The notes beneath the pieces were generated by a model that made no database searches, was not told where the DNA came from, and saw only the letters and a program-made list of their open reading frames with translations. Shown here piece by piece: positions 19,025 to 27,541 of a stretch of DNA of 64,000 nt. Source of the stretch: Clostridia bacterium (GTDB lineage Bacteria > Bacillota > Clostridia > Christensenellales > Borkfalkiaceae); the NCBI GenBank assembly GCA_900769565.1, contig CAAGHC010000003.1, positions 20,949-84,948 of the forward strand, read 5' to 3'. Within the stretch, counting starts at the first letter, position 1. Each line of letters starts with the position of its first letter. Both the position numbers and the translations under genes were made by a program.

Positions 19025-19567
19025 TTATAATAACGATAAATCTAGTTCTCTAAACGATTTTCTAACGTGAAATTCAATTGAATGCGTTGGATATAACGAC
19101 AAACATACTTTGTCGGGCATAAAACCTTCGGTTTCTATTCTGTATGCGTTAAAATTAACAACGTCCTTTTCCTTTACACCGATAAACTCTAACGGTATTC
19201 TAAATTCACCGATATAGCCGTTTTCAAGCTTGACTACGTTAGTTTCAAAACCCTTTTCTAAAAGGTCAACCACTATTTTTTTGCCATTACCCTTTTTGTT
19301 AGTTATCAATGCGCAAAATGCCGTACCGTTGGGCGCAAGCTCAAACTCAAAGTAACGTTTATCCATATCGGTTTTTTCGGTTGCGATAAACACTTCGACT
19401 ACGTCGCCACGGAATATGTTTTTATTGTACTCGTTAAACGGGCAAAAAAACTGACAGTCGTCACAAGTAAAATTAAATATTAAACTTCCGTTTTCTTTTT
19501 TTACGTTAAGTACCGTCTTAAATTTAGTGGGTTTGCCCCTTCTAAATTCGTTCAATTCAAATCTCAT
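19025..19567 (-). CDS. carbohydrate-binding family 9-like protein
   Basis: 180 aa. GDVVEVFI ... FEFELAPNG resembles the CBM9/DOMON-like fold. Weak call based on recall only. Confidence 0.4.
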   Translation of the reverse strand: MRFELNEFRRGKPTKFKTVLNVKKENGSLIFNFTCDDCQFFCPFNEYNKNIFRGDVVEVFIATEKTDMDKRYFEFELAPNGTAFCALITNKKGNGKKIVVDLLEKGFETNVVKLENGYIGEFRIPLEFIGVKEKDVVNFNAYRIETEGFMPDKVCLSLYPTHSIEFHVRKSFRELDLSLL

Positions 19568-19585
19568 AATCTATCGCTCGCAAAA

Positions 19586-21184
19586 TTATTTTTTGTTTAG
19601 ATATTTATTGAAATATATTATCGGAATAGTGCTCCAACCATGGCACAAACTTCCGGCAACGTCAATTTTAACACCGTTTATGGTTTCCCAGAAAGTAGTT
19701 GCACCTGCATCTAACATATAAGAGTAATCATTTCTTATATCGTTAAGAATAAAGTCCTTATCGTCAACAGCTTCGTAAAGGAAGGTTTTCATAGACAACG
19801 TGCACGGCACTAAACTCTTGTCGTTAATAATTTTTTCCACCAAAGATTTATCTGCAACCCCGCTTAAAACGGCAAACACGTTGCCAAGTTGACCATAAAT
19901 TTCACCGTCGGTGCAAAGTTTATATAATCCGTTTACGTAAAAAGTATCGTTTATAGCCTTTTTCATAGGCTCAAAATCAATCACTTCCCCCGTAAGATTA
20001 CAGTAACTTTGCATAGCGTATAGATACATACAGTTTATAATTAAATCATACTTTCTAGGCTCAACGTCCTCGGGTTTTCTAGTAATTTGGTATTCCCTAT
20101 CGCTACCCACACTCCACTCGTAAAAATTCCAGCACGGGAATTCAAAACACGGTATTAAATTGTTTTCGTCAATCCTACTTTCGAACGCCTCTTTTATCTT
20201 TTTAAGCACGGGTAAAATTTCGGGTAAAACACTTCTGTCGTTAGTGAATTTAACGTATTCCTCAACCGTCCTAAAATATACTAAACTAAATGACGGAATA
20301 GGTATATCTCTACCCGTAGGATAACAAATGCTCAATAACCCGTCAGAACGTATTCCACGAGAAATAAACATTAAATTATATCTAGCGTATTCTATTTCGT
20401 TAAAGGCGTAAAAACCACCCCTCATTTCGTTAAAGCCGTCCATAGAGTAGAGAGCTTGTTCACGCCAAGGACAATCTTCATAATGCTCGTGCATACAACT
20501 TCTTAAAGTGTAAACACAGGTGTCGTAAATTCTTTGGTCAAGGTCGTTTTCAAGTTTATACGGCACGGTCGTTAACGGATAATTTACGGGTAAAATCGCA
20601 ACTTCGTTTATCTTTATCGGTTTTTCACTCTCTATATCGATATATCTCAAACCACAACGTCTAAAACTGTTAAACAACTTGTTTTCGCCGGGCTTTAGAA
20701 CGTATTCAAAACTGAAATCTCTTTCTTCCCATATCCTTAAAACAGTACCTTTATCAGTTAAATACTCACCAAAACTTACAACTATGGTTTGCTCTGTTTC
20801 ACTATAAATATCTAACGATACAAAGCCCACGCATTCCTTTTTGAAGTCTACTAAATTGCCTTTTATTATTTGACCGCAAATTTTTTCACCTAAAGTCAAA
20901 TTCTTCCTTTTTCTTTCAATAAAGTTTCTTGACTTTTCTACTAAAAAACTGTTTTTATATGGCAAGTTGTTTTCAATAGTGTTGTCATACTTAAAAGATT
21001 GTCCGATTTGCAATGTTAAAAGTTTATTGTAGCCGTTGCAAAAATTAATATCTTGCCTTGACAAAGTATTTTGGTTGCTAACAACAACTTCCTTTCCGTC
21101 TACGGTAAGATTAAAAATAACGCCCGCCACGTCGGTAATATAAGTTTGGTTATTTACACCGTAATACCACACTTTAATTTGCAC
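19586..21184 (-). CDS. six-hairpin glycoside hydrolase, GH78 (alpha-L-rhamnosidase)-like
   Basis: 532 aa. EDCPWREQALY and the C-terminal GATTFWE...HGWS segment resemble the rhamnosidase catalytic domain. GTG start, no signal peptide. Confidence 0.55.
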   Translation of the reverse strand: MQIKVWYYGVNNQTYITDVAGVIFNLTVDGKEVVVSNQNTLSRQDINFCNGYNKLLTLQIGQSFKYDNTIENNLPYKNSFLVEKSRNFIERKRKNLTLGEKICGQIIKGNLVDFKKECVGFVSLDIYSETEQTIVVSFGEYLTDKGTVLRIWEERDFSFEYVLKPGENKLFNSFRRCGLRYIDIESEKPIKINEVAILPVNYPLTTVPYKLENDLDQRIYDTCVYTLRSCMHEHYEDCPWREQALYSMDGFNEMRGGFYAFNEIEYARYNLMFISRGIRSDGLLSICYPTGRDIPIPSFSLVYFRTVEEYVKFTNDRSVLPEILPVLKKIKEAFESRIDENNLIPCFEFPCWNFYEWSVGSDREYQITRKPEDVEPRKYDLIINCMYLYAMQSYCNLTGEVIDFEPMKKAINDTFYVNGLYKLCTDGEIYGQLGNVFAVLSGVADKSLVEKIINDKSLVPCTLSMKTFLYEAVDDKDFILNDIRNDYSYMLDAGATTFWETINGVKIDVAGSLCHGWSTIPIIYFNKYLNKK

Positions 21185-21240
21185 GTGGTTTTTCCCACTT
21201 TTACAAAACTTTGTAACGTCAACCTTATTACGAATTTAAT

Positions 21241-21555
21241 ATGTATTATTTAGGCGCTAATGGTAATTCCGTAATAAGTATTACGGAAAGTAAAGATAAA
21301 CCACTTTCAGCTGATTATTTTTATAAAAAAACAGGAAATTATTATATTATTAAAGTAGTGGTGGACGACCAGTATATGGGGGATATAAGAGCGACTTACG
21401 TTTATGATGAAGAATATGATTTGGTAGGGTTTATAGGGAATAACGAAATAGGCGAAAATATTAACACAAAGGTCATAATAAAACCACTTTGTGACGACTT
21501 TGTTATTCCTAATGAAATAATAGAAAAAATAAACGATTACAATTTGGAGAATTAA
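21241..21555 (+). CDS. hypothetical protein (104 aa), possibly a gene fragment
   Basis: Very AT-rich ORF with no convincing RBS, followed by a clean terminator. Confidence 0.3.
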   Translation: MYYLGANGNSVISITESKDKPLSADYFYKKTGNYYIIKVVVDDQYMGDIRATYVYDEEYDLVGFIGNNEIGENINTKVIIKPLCDDFVIPNEIIEKINDYNLEN

Positions 21556-21561
21556 AACCAA

Positions 21562-21592
21562 AAGCGTTAGAAAATTCTAACGCTTTTAATAT
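21562..21592 (+). terminator. Rho-independent terminator
   Basis: AGCGTTAGAA-aa-TTCTAACGCT followed by TTTTAATATT. Confidence 0.6.
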
Positions 21593-21613
21593 TGTCTTTG
21601 GTTATTTTTCAAC

Positions 21614-21736
21614 ACGTTCAAAAGTAAATATTATCCCTGCATTACCTTTAATGAATATATATTTGATTATCGTAATAGAAAAAGCGACTCTATTTGGGTT
21701 CAAATAGAATCGCTCTTGGCGGAGAAAGAGGGATTT
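21614..21736 (-). repeat. direct repeat copy A: last 20-21 nt of tRNA-Ser plus the ~100-nt region downstream of it
   Basis: TTGGCGGAGAAAGAGGGATTT is identical to 30584-30604. The flanking ~100 nt align with 30476-30583 at roughly 80 percent identity by eye, and each copy has its own terminator hairpin. Confidence 0.8.
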
Positions 21737-21814
21737 TCGCCTGTGCGACCTACCCGATAAAATGTCCACTGGACATTTTAGTCCTACGGACAAATTGCTA
21801 ACGCAATTTTCTCC
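21717..21814 (-). pseudogene. tRNA-Ser ghost: authentic 5' (GGAGAAA) and 3' (AAATCCCTCTTTCTCCGCCA) ends around a non-tRNA core
   Basis: 98 nt. Acceptor-stem halves are present, but there is no T-arm 5' strand and no anticodon arm. The core folds into small hairpins instead (TAAAATGTCC-agt-GGACATTTTA). Confidence 0.45.
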
Positions 21815-21840
21815 ATATTCAAATCCCTCATTAACCCACA

Positions 21841-21885
21841 GAAAACAAAAACTCTATTCAAACCACAAGGGTTCAAATAGAGTTT
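21841..21885 (-). terminator. Rho-independent terminator of the islet operon
   Basis: AAACTCTATTTGAA...TTTGAATAGAGTTT followed by TTGTTTTC on the minus strand. Confidence 0.6.
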
Positions 21886-21975
21886 CTGCTGTGAGTAATT
21901 AAGTATTTGATACAAGTTTCATTTTTGCGAAAAGGTTTCAAAATTGAAAATCGGTTTCAATTTTAACGATAAGGC

Positions 21976-22719
21976 TTATAAACCTAAAATTTGCCGTTTT
22001 TTCGCCTCATACTCTTCGGGCGTAATTGCGCCCTTGTCAAGCAAATCCTTAAAAATCAAGAGTCGTCTGGCTTGGTCGTTTAAGTCCTCTGTCGGAGCAG
22101 ATTCTTTCACTCTTCCGTGCATTGTTTCTGTGCCTTTGATTTTTACAGGAATAGGCTCATTTTCCCAAGCGGAATATGTAGCTTTCATAGACTTTGACAC
22201 AAGGGCAAAATCCTCATCACCCATTTCAATGTAAGGCTTCGATGTTACGGATTTCCACCAAGCGAACAACGCCACTTCAATTGCCAATGATACAAGGAAA
22301 ATAATTAGAAATACTGTGGTAACAGGTCTATCCGATGCGTGGGGAGAGAGCCAAAAGAACTGCGCTATAAGACCGACAAAAACGAAACCACTCAATCCTA
22401 ACGCCCATCTATAGATTCTTCTATACGCCCACGATTTTTTCTCGACAACATTGTATTCAACCCACTCCATACCTTGAGCCATACATACTGTTTCACCGCA
22501 GTGTGGGCATTCCTTGAGTTTATTTCCTAAACGGCGGGGACCTTGGATTTTATATAAAGCATCGATAATCTTCCAGCCTAAAAGCCAAAAAAGCATTGTA
22601 CCTGCCGTTGCAATAAATAGTACAATCATCAGAATTGTCAGCAAGCCCTCGTCATCTCTCTTTAACGTTTTTCCGCAATGAGGACAACAATGGTTTGTTA
22701 TGTTATATTGGAAAGCCAT
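21976..22719 (-). CDS. membrane protein with a split zinc ribbon and a C-terminal SHOCT domain
   Basis: CPHCG occurs twice, with about 4 TM helices. The C-terminus LIFKDLLDKGAITPEEYEAKKRQILGL matches the SHOCT pattern. Confidence 0.6.
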   Translation of the reverse strand: MAFQYNITNHCCPHCGKTLKRDDEGLLTILMIVLFIATAGTMLFWLLGWKIIDALYKIQGPRRLGNKLKECPHCGETVCMAQGMEWVEYNVVEKKSWAYRRIYRWALGLSGFVFVGLIAQFFWLSPHASDRPVTTVFLIIFLVSLAIEVALFAWWKSVTSKPYIEMGDEDFALVSKSMKATYSAWENEPIPVKIKGTETMHGRVKESAPTEDLNDQARRLLIFKDLLDKGAITPEEYEAKKRQILGL

Positions 22720-22739
22720 TTTACTCCCCCTCGATAAGG

Positions 22740-23660
22740 CTATTTTTTGAAAGTTTCTTTATAAGTTTTAGGGTCTACCGCTTCCACGTGAGCCTTGTAT
22801 CCTTCCCACGTTTTCGGTGCCATTACACTTGAAAATGCCTCAAAGTTTGCAAGCTCCCTCTCGGTGTGGTATACGGCATATTCAATCACATCAAAGCGGT
22901 CGAGGTATTCTTGCATAACATTATAGAATACGTGCGCCACGATTTCGGGAGGATTGCGGAAAGCACCACAGCCAAAAGCACCCAAAATAAGGACTTCATT
23001 TCCGTTGGCTACCGCCACCTCGAATATTCTACGAACGCGCGACGTGAGCAGTTTTTCAAGCTCTGTGGCGCTTATTTTTGCTGCCGTAGTACCTGCGTTA
23101 GGGTTCATTGCATTGCTTGGGCGCTCTCTTAAATTAGGCGCAGCACAAGTAAGAATATTGACCTTCCACCACTCCTCCTGTGGAAGAGGCTCTGGAAAGT
23201 TCGTATCACTCTTGAATACGCAAACATTAGGCGTGTAAATGCAATCGTTGTTATAAAGCGGATTATTGGCTTTTCTGTGAGGCATATAAAACGCATCCCA
23301 CATTGCCGAAATGTTCAAGCACGGGTAAAGTGTTGTGCAACGGCAGATGCATTCTTCCTGCGCCGATGAGCCGTTAACGACTCCACCACCGGGGTTGCTT
23401 GCCGATGCAAAGTTTAGCACGCACACCTTCTTGCCTTGCTTGGCATAAGGCTCGGCGGCTTCAAGTGAACGCTTGCCGCTAACTATAACTTTTGCCTGTT
23501 TCTGCATTTGCGCCACGGGAACGACAATCGTTTCCTTTTCGGCTATAAATGTTTGCGCCGCAACCGATGCGGTAATCGTTGATTTCAGATACGAATCGGT
23601 TAAATATCTGCGTTCCGTATCTTTAAATATTTCTGCGTTTTTGGTTCTTCTATCTATCAT
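22740..23660 (-). CDS. TIGR02452/DUF2263 family macrodomain protein (bacterial-type poly(ADP-ribose) glycohydrolase-like)
   Basis: LNFASASNPGGGVVNGSSAQEECICRCTTLY contains the GGG-X7-QEE PARG signature. ILGAFGCGAFRNPP is also typical of the family. Confidence 0.8.
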   Translation of the reverse strand: MIDRRTKNAEIFKDTERRYLTDSYLKSTITASVAAQTFIAEKETIVVPVAQMQKQAKVIVSGKRSLEAAEPYAKQGKKVCVLNFASASNPGGGVVNGSSAQEECICRCTTLYPCLNISAMWDAFYMPHRKANNPLYNNDCIYTPNVCVFKSDTNFPEPLPQEEWWKVNILTCAAPNLRERPSNAMNPNAGTTAAKISATELEKLLTSRVRRIFEVAVANGNEVLILGAFGCGAFRNPPEIVAHVFYNVMQEYLDRFDVIEYAVYHTERELANFEAFSSVMAPKTWEGYKAHVEAVDPKTYKETFKK

Positions 23661-23664
23661 CGTT

Positions 23665-26427
23665 TTACTGTACTAAATATGCAACTTGAATATACCCCGA
23701 AACCTGTCCGCTGACAGAAACGGAATAATTCAAAGACGAAGGCGTGAATAAGTAATTATCCAAATTGGTTGATTGAACGTTAGTGAACTTGCTTTCGATG
23801 CCACTGCTTATGTACTCGGTTTTGCTATATCCCATACCGCCAGCACCATTGCTTGCCGTTCCTGTCATATTAACAGTAAACACCACAGAAACATCGGTAT
23901 ATGTCAAAGAGTCATCTTTCTTGGAAACAGTTGTGCCTACAAGATACGAGGTGTTATAACAATCAACGTTTAAATAATTTCTGAAATTGGAGTTGTTAAG
24001 GGTTATGGTTTGCCACTGATACTTGATATACCTTGTATCGGTATATGTGTAACCATCATAAACAACGCTGGCGGTAAAAGCAAAGGTGATTTCCGTTTCC
24101 GTAGCGTTTTTGGTTACCTCATACGCAGTGTTAGAAACATAAGTGGTTGCGGTGTCGGTAAAGCCTCCACAGCCGCAAGTAAAGGTTGCAGTTACATTGA
24201 AACCATTTTCATCCTCAACCCAACTGAAGGTCGGTTCAGAATAATAGTGAGTTTCACCATCACATTCTTGTGCGGGGACATATCCATCGTAGAAGATAAA
24301 GCCTAAATCAGCAAGCCCATAGTTCATTTCCGCCGTATCAAAATATGCAGCCATCCAATTTAACAAGTCCTGCAAACAAACGGAATATATTTCGAGCATC
24401 TCACTTTCATAATCTTCAAGGCCATTGTAGCTAAAATACGTTAGCTTGGTTCGAGTGGTGAAAGTGCCAGCCTCTAAATAGCCCTTTACATCGTTTTGAT
24501 CTACAAAGCTGCCGTTGGAATAAATGCTATAAGAGCAACCATAATAGTAGCCTTGGGATGTTGGCAACAAACTGAGATATGTGTAATAATATGCACCATC
24601 GTCACCAAACCAACTCATTGATGCAAAAGCGGTGTTGTCACTGTCAACGCACACCATTGACATCTTTACGTCATAGTTGCTTCCTTCAAACTCCTCGTCA
24701 ATTCTGTACCACTGATTTGCATTATCAAGCTCTCCCTCTGCACGAATATGGTTTTTCAGCAGAGTCAAAGCGTTAGTGTTATAACCGAAGTCAAGCGCCT
24801 CGAAACCAAAGTCCTCGGCAGAAATATCATCTACATAACTGTCAAGGCAATAATCGAACCACTCCACAATGCACGCAACTGCATTTGAGTAAAACTCCAT
24901 AATCGAGTCTTCTTCCCAATACTCTCCTTCGTAAGAATAATGGGTCAGAATGGTTGTGGGCGTATATGTTGCGGGATTTATGTATCCGTAGGTATAATTT
25001 TCGTTTTCGCCATAGGTGTAATGCGCATAATAGGTATACAAGCCCTCTTCATTAGGTCGCAAATCAATACTCAAATACAAATCCGAGCCGTCCGAAAACT
25101 CCCAAACGCCCTCAATAAAGGTAATTTTAGAAGATTCATCATAACCAATGGCATAAATAAATCCGTTACCCTCGATTTGGTGATAATACAAATCATCGGT
25201 AATAAAATTATAATTACCGACTATCCATTCAGCAAGAATATCGTTTGGAGTATGCTGCAAATCGTACAGTTCTGCAATTGTAAGAGGTGTGCCGTATGAA
25301 AGATTATCAAGCTCTCCTGTGAAAATTGCTACATTGATTTCACCATAGAAAGCACCTACGTTTATACCGATAACTTCTCCGTATTTGTTTATCAACGGAC
25401 TACCCGAGCTACCATTGGTGATAGCAGCATCGTGTTGAACATAGGTTACGCCTTCGATTTCTCTCTTTGCATAAGATACGATACCAACGGAAACGGAGGC
25501 TGTAAAGCCTTTAGGCGAACCTACGGCATATACCATTTCTGCGACAACGGGGTCGTTTTTACAAATGTTTGCGGGGGTAAGACCCGTTGCATCGATTTCC
25601 AAAACTGCCAAATCAATATCAGCATCATAAGCCAATACGGATTTAATTGTATAAGTATCCTCTCCTATCGTAATCGTGGCAGAATAAGCGCCGTCAATTA
25701 CGTGATAGTTGGTGATGATTTTTCCATCTGCACTGCTTACAAATCCAGTTCCCAGCGCAAGAGGCATACCTTTTTTATCATAGGTTATAATCTCGCCAAC
25801 ATACTTGAGAGCTTGGTTGTAAATCTCGGTTGAGGTGTACTCTTGCAAGAGATAGTTTTCCTCGTAGTAATAATTGCAATTATCACGGGTACAACTAAAT
25901 CTTTTTAATCCTTTTTCAAGGCAGGTTGCTTCATCAACGATTGTTACATCATCGCAAGCGTGCTGCAATGCTTGAAGGGTCTCTTGGTGAACGAGAGTCG
26001 TTTCGCAAATGCTACAATGGCTACCCGCAGTTTTGCCTGCGGTCGTACAAGTGGGAGTAACTGCGGCGTCATCAACAGGTGTATGACCAAGGGCTGCTAT
26101 TTCCGTCTGGGCAACAATTATGGTACTGCATACACTACAATGGCTGCCTTCGGTTTTACCTTTTGCGATGCAAGTAGCTGGAACGGCGGCATCGGTAACT
26201 TCGGTGTGAGCAAGCTGGGCAATTGTATCATATTCGGAATAACCGCAATCACAGGTTCTTGTCTGCAAACCGGGCGCAGTACAAGAAGGCGTAGTTGTGG
26301 TTGTCCACGCCGAAAAGCTGTGAGTATGGTCCCCGTCGTCAGAAGAGTCGCATGCAGTAAAGCATACAGCCATCGTCAACGTCATTAGGAAAATAAGAAT
26401 CGGTAAAAAAGCCCGCCTCAATTTCAT
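23665..26427 (-). CDS. 920-aa lipoprotein with Cys-rich repeats, a trypsin-like (S1) serine protease domain and a duplicated Tyr-rich C-terminal domain
   Basis: Lipobox (AVCFTAC). Two ~41-aa repeats (H-T-x-V-x-D-A-A-V-x-x-T-C-x-x-x-G-K-T-x-G-S-H-C-S-x-C). Catalytic triad contexts NYHVIDG, DIDLAVLE and GSSGSPL. Confidence 0.75.
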   Translation of the reverse strand: MKLRRAFLPILIFLMTLTMAVCFTACDSSDDGDHTHSFSAWTTTTTPSCTAPGLQTRTCDCGYSEYDTIAQLAHTEVTDAAVPATCIAKGKTEGSHCSVCSTIIVAQTEIAALGHTPVDDAAVTPTCTTAGKTAGSHCSICETTLVHQETLQALQHACDDVTIVDEATCLEKGLKRFSCTRDNCNYYYEENYLLQEYTSTEIYNQALKYVGEIITYDKKGMPLALGTGFVSSADGKIITNYHVIDGAYSATITIGEDTYTIKSVLAYDADIDLAVLEIDATGLTPANICKNDPVVAEMVYAVGSPKGFTASVSVGIVSYAKREIEGVTYVQHDAAITNGSSGSPLINKYGEVIGINVGAFYGEINVAIFTGELDNLSYGTPLTIAELYDLQHTPNDILAEWIVGNYNFITDDLYYHQIEGNGFIYAIGYDESSKITFIEGVWEFSDGSDLYLSIDLRPNEEGLYTYYAHYTYGENENYTYGYINPATYTPTTILTHYSYEGEYWEEDSIMEFYSNAVACIVEWFDYCLDSYVDDISAEDFGFEALDFGYNTNALTLLKNHIRAEGELDNANQWYRIDEEFEGSNYDVKMSMVCVDSDNTAFASMSWFGDDGAYYYTYLSLLPTSQGYYYGCSYSIYSNGSFVDQNDVKGYLEAGTFTTRTKLTYFSYNGLEDYESEMLEIYSVCLQDLLNWMAAYFDTAEMNYGLADLGFIFYDGYVPAQECDGETHYYSEPTFSWVEDENGFNVTATFTCGCGGFTDTATTYVSNTAYEVTKNATETEITFAFTASVVYDGYTYTDTRYIKYQWQTITLNNSNFRNYLNVDCYNTSYLVGTTVSKKDDSLTYTDVSVVFTVNMTGTASNGAGGMGYSKTEYISSGIESKFTNVQSTNLDNYLFTPSSLNYSVSVSGQVSGYIQVAYLVQ

Positions 26428-26487
26428 TGTTTTAGCCGTCCCTCTAAAATGTTTATTAAAATATTATATCACACAATTAAATATTTT

Positions 26488-27087
26488 TCAATCCGTTTCA
26501 CTACAAACGAACATATTTATAACAATTTTATTGTCTTTTTTACTTTTTTGAACCGCATACTCATAGGCAATGCGTGTTCCGCTTTTCGGCTGATAGGTGC
26601 TTATATCCCTATTAGCCCTTTTTCTTTTTGGAGGCTGATATGCCTCGTTATAGTAGAAAACACAGTAATCACTGGCATCTATCATCTCTTGATTACGCTC
26701 GACGTAAGATGCCTTTCCCGCCGAGTAAACCTTATCGGATTGCACCTCGGCATCGTAGTCCTTGAGCTTGACGTCCGTTTTCAGAACCGCAGCCCAAGAC
26801 CTCTCCACTTTCTCTTTCTCGTCTTTTTTAACCGCATACTCGCTACGCCGGGTGTATGCGACCCTCACAATTTGGGGATACTCTTTCTGGTAGTCGGTTA
26901 CGATTCGGTGGCAAAGGTCGTCAAATTCGCTGCGACTTCCGAACAGAAAATACCGCACACCCTCATCCACGATGAGCTTGCGAATTGTATCTTTTATATT
27001 TGCCACTAATTCATCGGTCAACGCAATGGTGCGATGGCCAATGAAACAGCACTTCTTTTCTGCCACACTACCACCCCAATCGGACAA
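26488..27087 (-). CDS. SLOG superfamily protein, DUF1273/YpsA-like
   Basis: The layout matches B. subtilis YpsA from recall: CCFIGHR..., YFLFGSRSEFDDLC...YQKEYPQIVRVAY..., MIDASDYCVFYYN. Confidence 0.65.
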   Translation of the reverse strand: MSDWGGSVAEKKCCFIGHRTIALTDELVANIKDTIRKLIVDEGVRYFLFGSRSEFDDLCHRIVTDYQKEYPQIVRVAYTRRSEYAVKKDEKEKVERSWAAVLKTDVKLKDYDAEVQSDKVYSAGKASYVERNQEMIDASDYCVFYYNEAYQPPKRKRANRDISTYQPKSGTRIAYEYAVQKSKKDNKIVINMFVCSETD

Positions 27088-27133
27088 AGATATATCAATT
27101 ATAGCATATAATTATGACTTTTTCAACCGATTT

Positions 27134-27151
27134 TTATAGTCCGCAGACGAT
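27134..27151. promoter_or_regulatory. operator-like site TTATAGTCCGCAGACGAT upstream of the SLOG gene
   Basis: An 18-nt exact copy of 27542-27559. It lies between the XRE stop codon and the SLOG start codon. Confidence 0.5.
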
Positions 27152-27155
27152 ATTT

Positions 27156-27503
27156 CTATTTTAGGTACTTATTATCCCGTAAAGCCTTCTTTATTCCTCT
27201 TGCATTATCGAGGATTACCCGCCGTTCAAAGTTCGTGCAATCCCTCAAAATGACCTCAAATTCCGTAACGCAGGCGGACAATTGTTGGTCGAGCGAATCG
27301 CACAGGATTGCATCGGTAGAAACGCCGAGTGCGTTGGCAAGGGCTATCAGCGTTTCCACGCTCATAAATTTCATCCCATTCTCAAGGTGGCTTATGTAGG
27401 TCGTGGAAACATCCACCATTTCGGATAGTTTGGCTTGAGATAAATTTTTGCGCCTACGCAGCCTTCGTATCCTCTGTCCAACAGTATAAAAATCAAGTTT
27501 CAT
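27156..27503 (-). CDS. XRE family HTH transcriptional regulator
   Basis: 115 aa; VGQRIRRLRRRKNLSQAKLSEMVDVSTTYISHLENG is a canonical HTH_3 motif. Confidence 0.85.
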   Translation of the reverse strand: MKLDFYTVGQRIRRLRRRKNLSQAKLSEMVDVSTTYISHLENGMKFMSVETLIALANALGVSTDAILCDSLDQQLSACVTEFEVILRDCTNFERRVILDNARGIKKALRDNKYLK

Positions 27504-27541
27504 TTAAGAACCTCCTTTAATTTAAAAAATTCTCTAATTTA

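Noticed and set aside
21602-21793. 63-aa minus-strand ORF, with a counterpart at 30401-30583 (60 aa), sharing a similar peptide
   Set aside because: As listed, both ORFs begin inside the tRNA(-like) sequence or its terminator hairpin and have no RBS, so they are not credible CDSs. The conserved part is reported separately as a nucleotide-level observation.
21717-21814. Possible unusual tRNA (for example a long tRNA-Sec-like gene, 98 nt with a perfect acceptor stem and CCA)
   Set aside because: There is no T-arm 5' strand (GAGGG is missing), no 7-nt anticodon loop with a usable stem, and no UCA anticodon context. The core forms unrelated hairpins.
26449-27009. 186-aa plus-strand ORF overlapping the SLOG gene
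   Set aside because: It is antisense to the DUF1273-like frame, which carries the recognisable motifs. It has no RBS.
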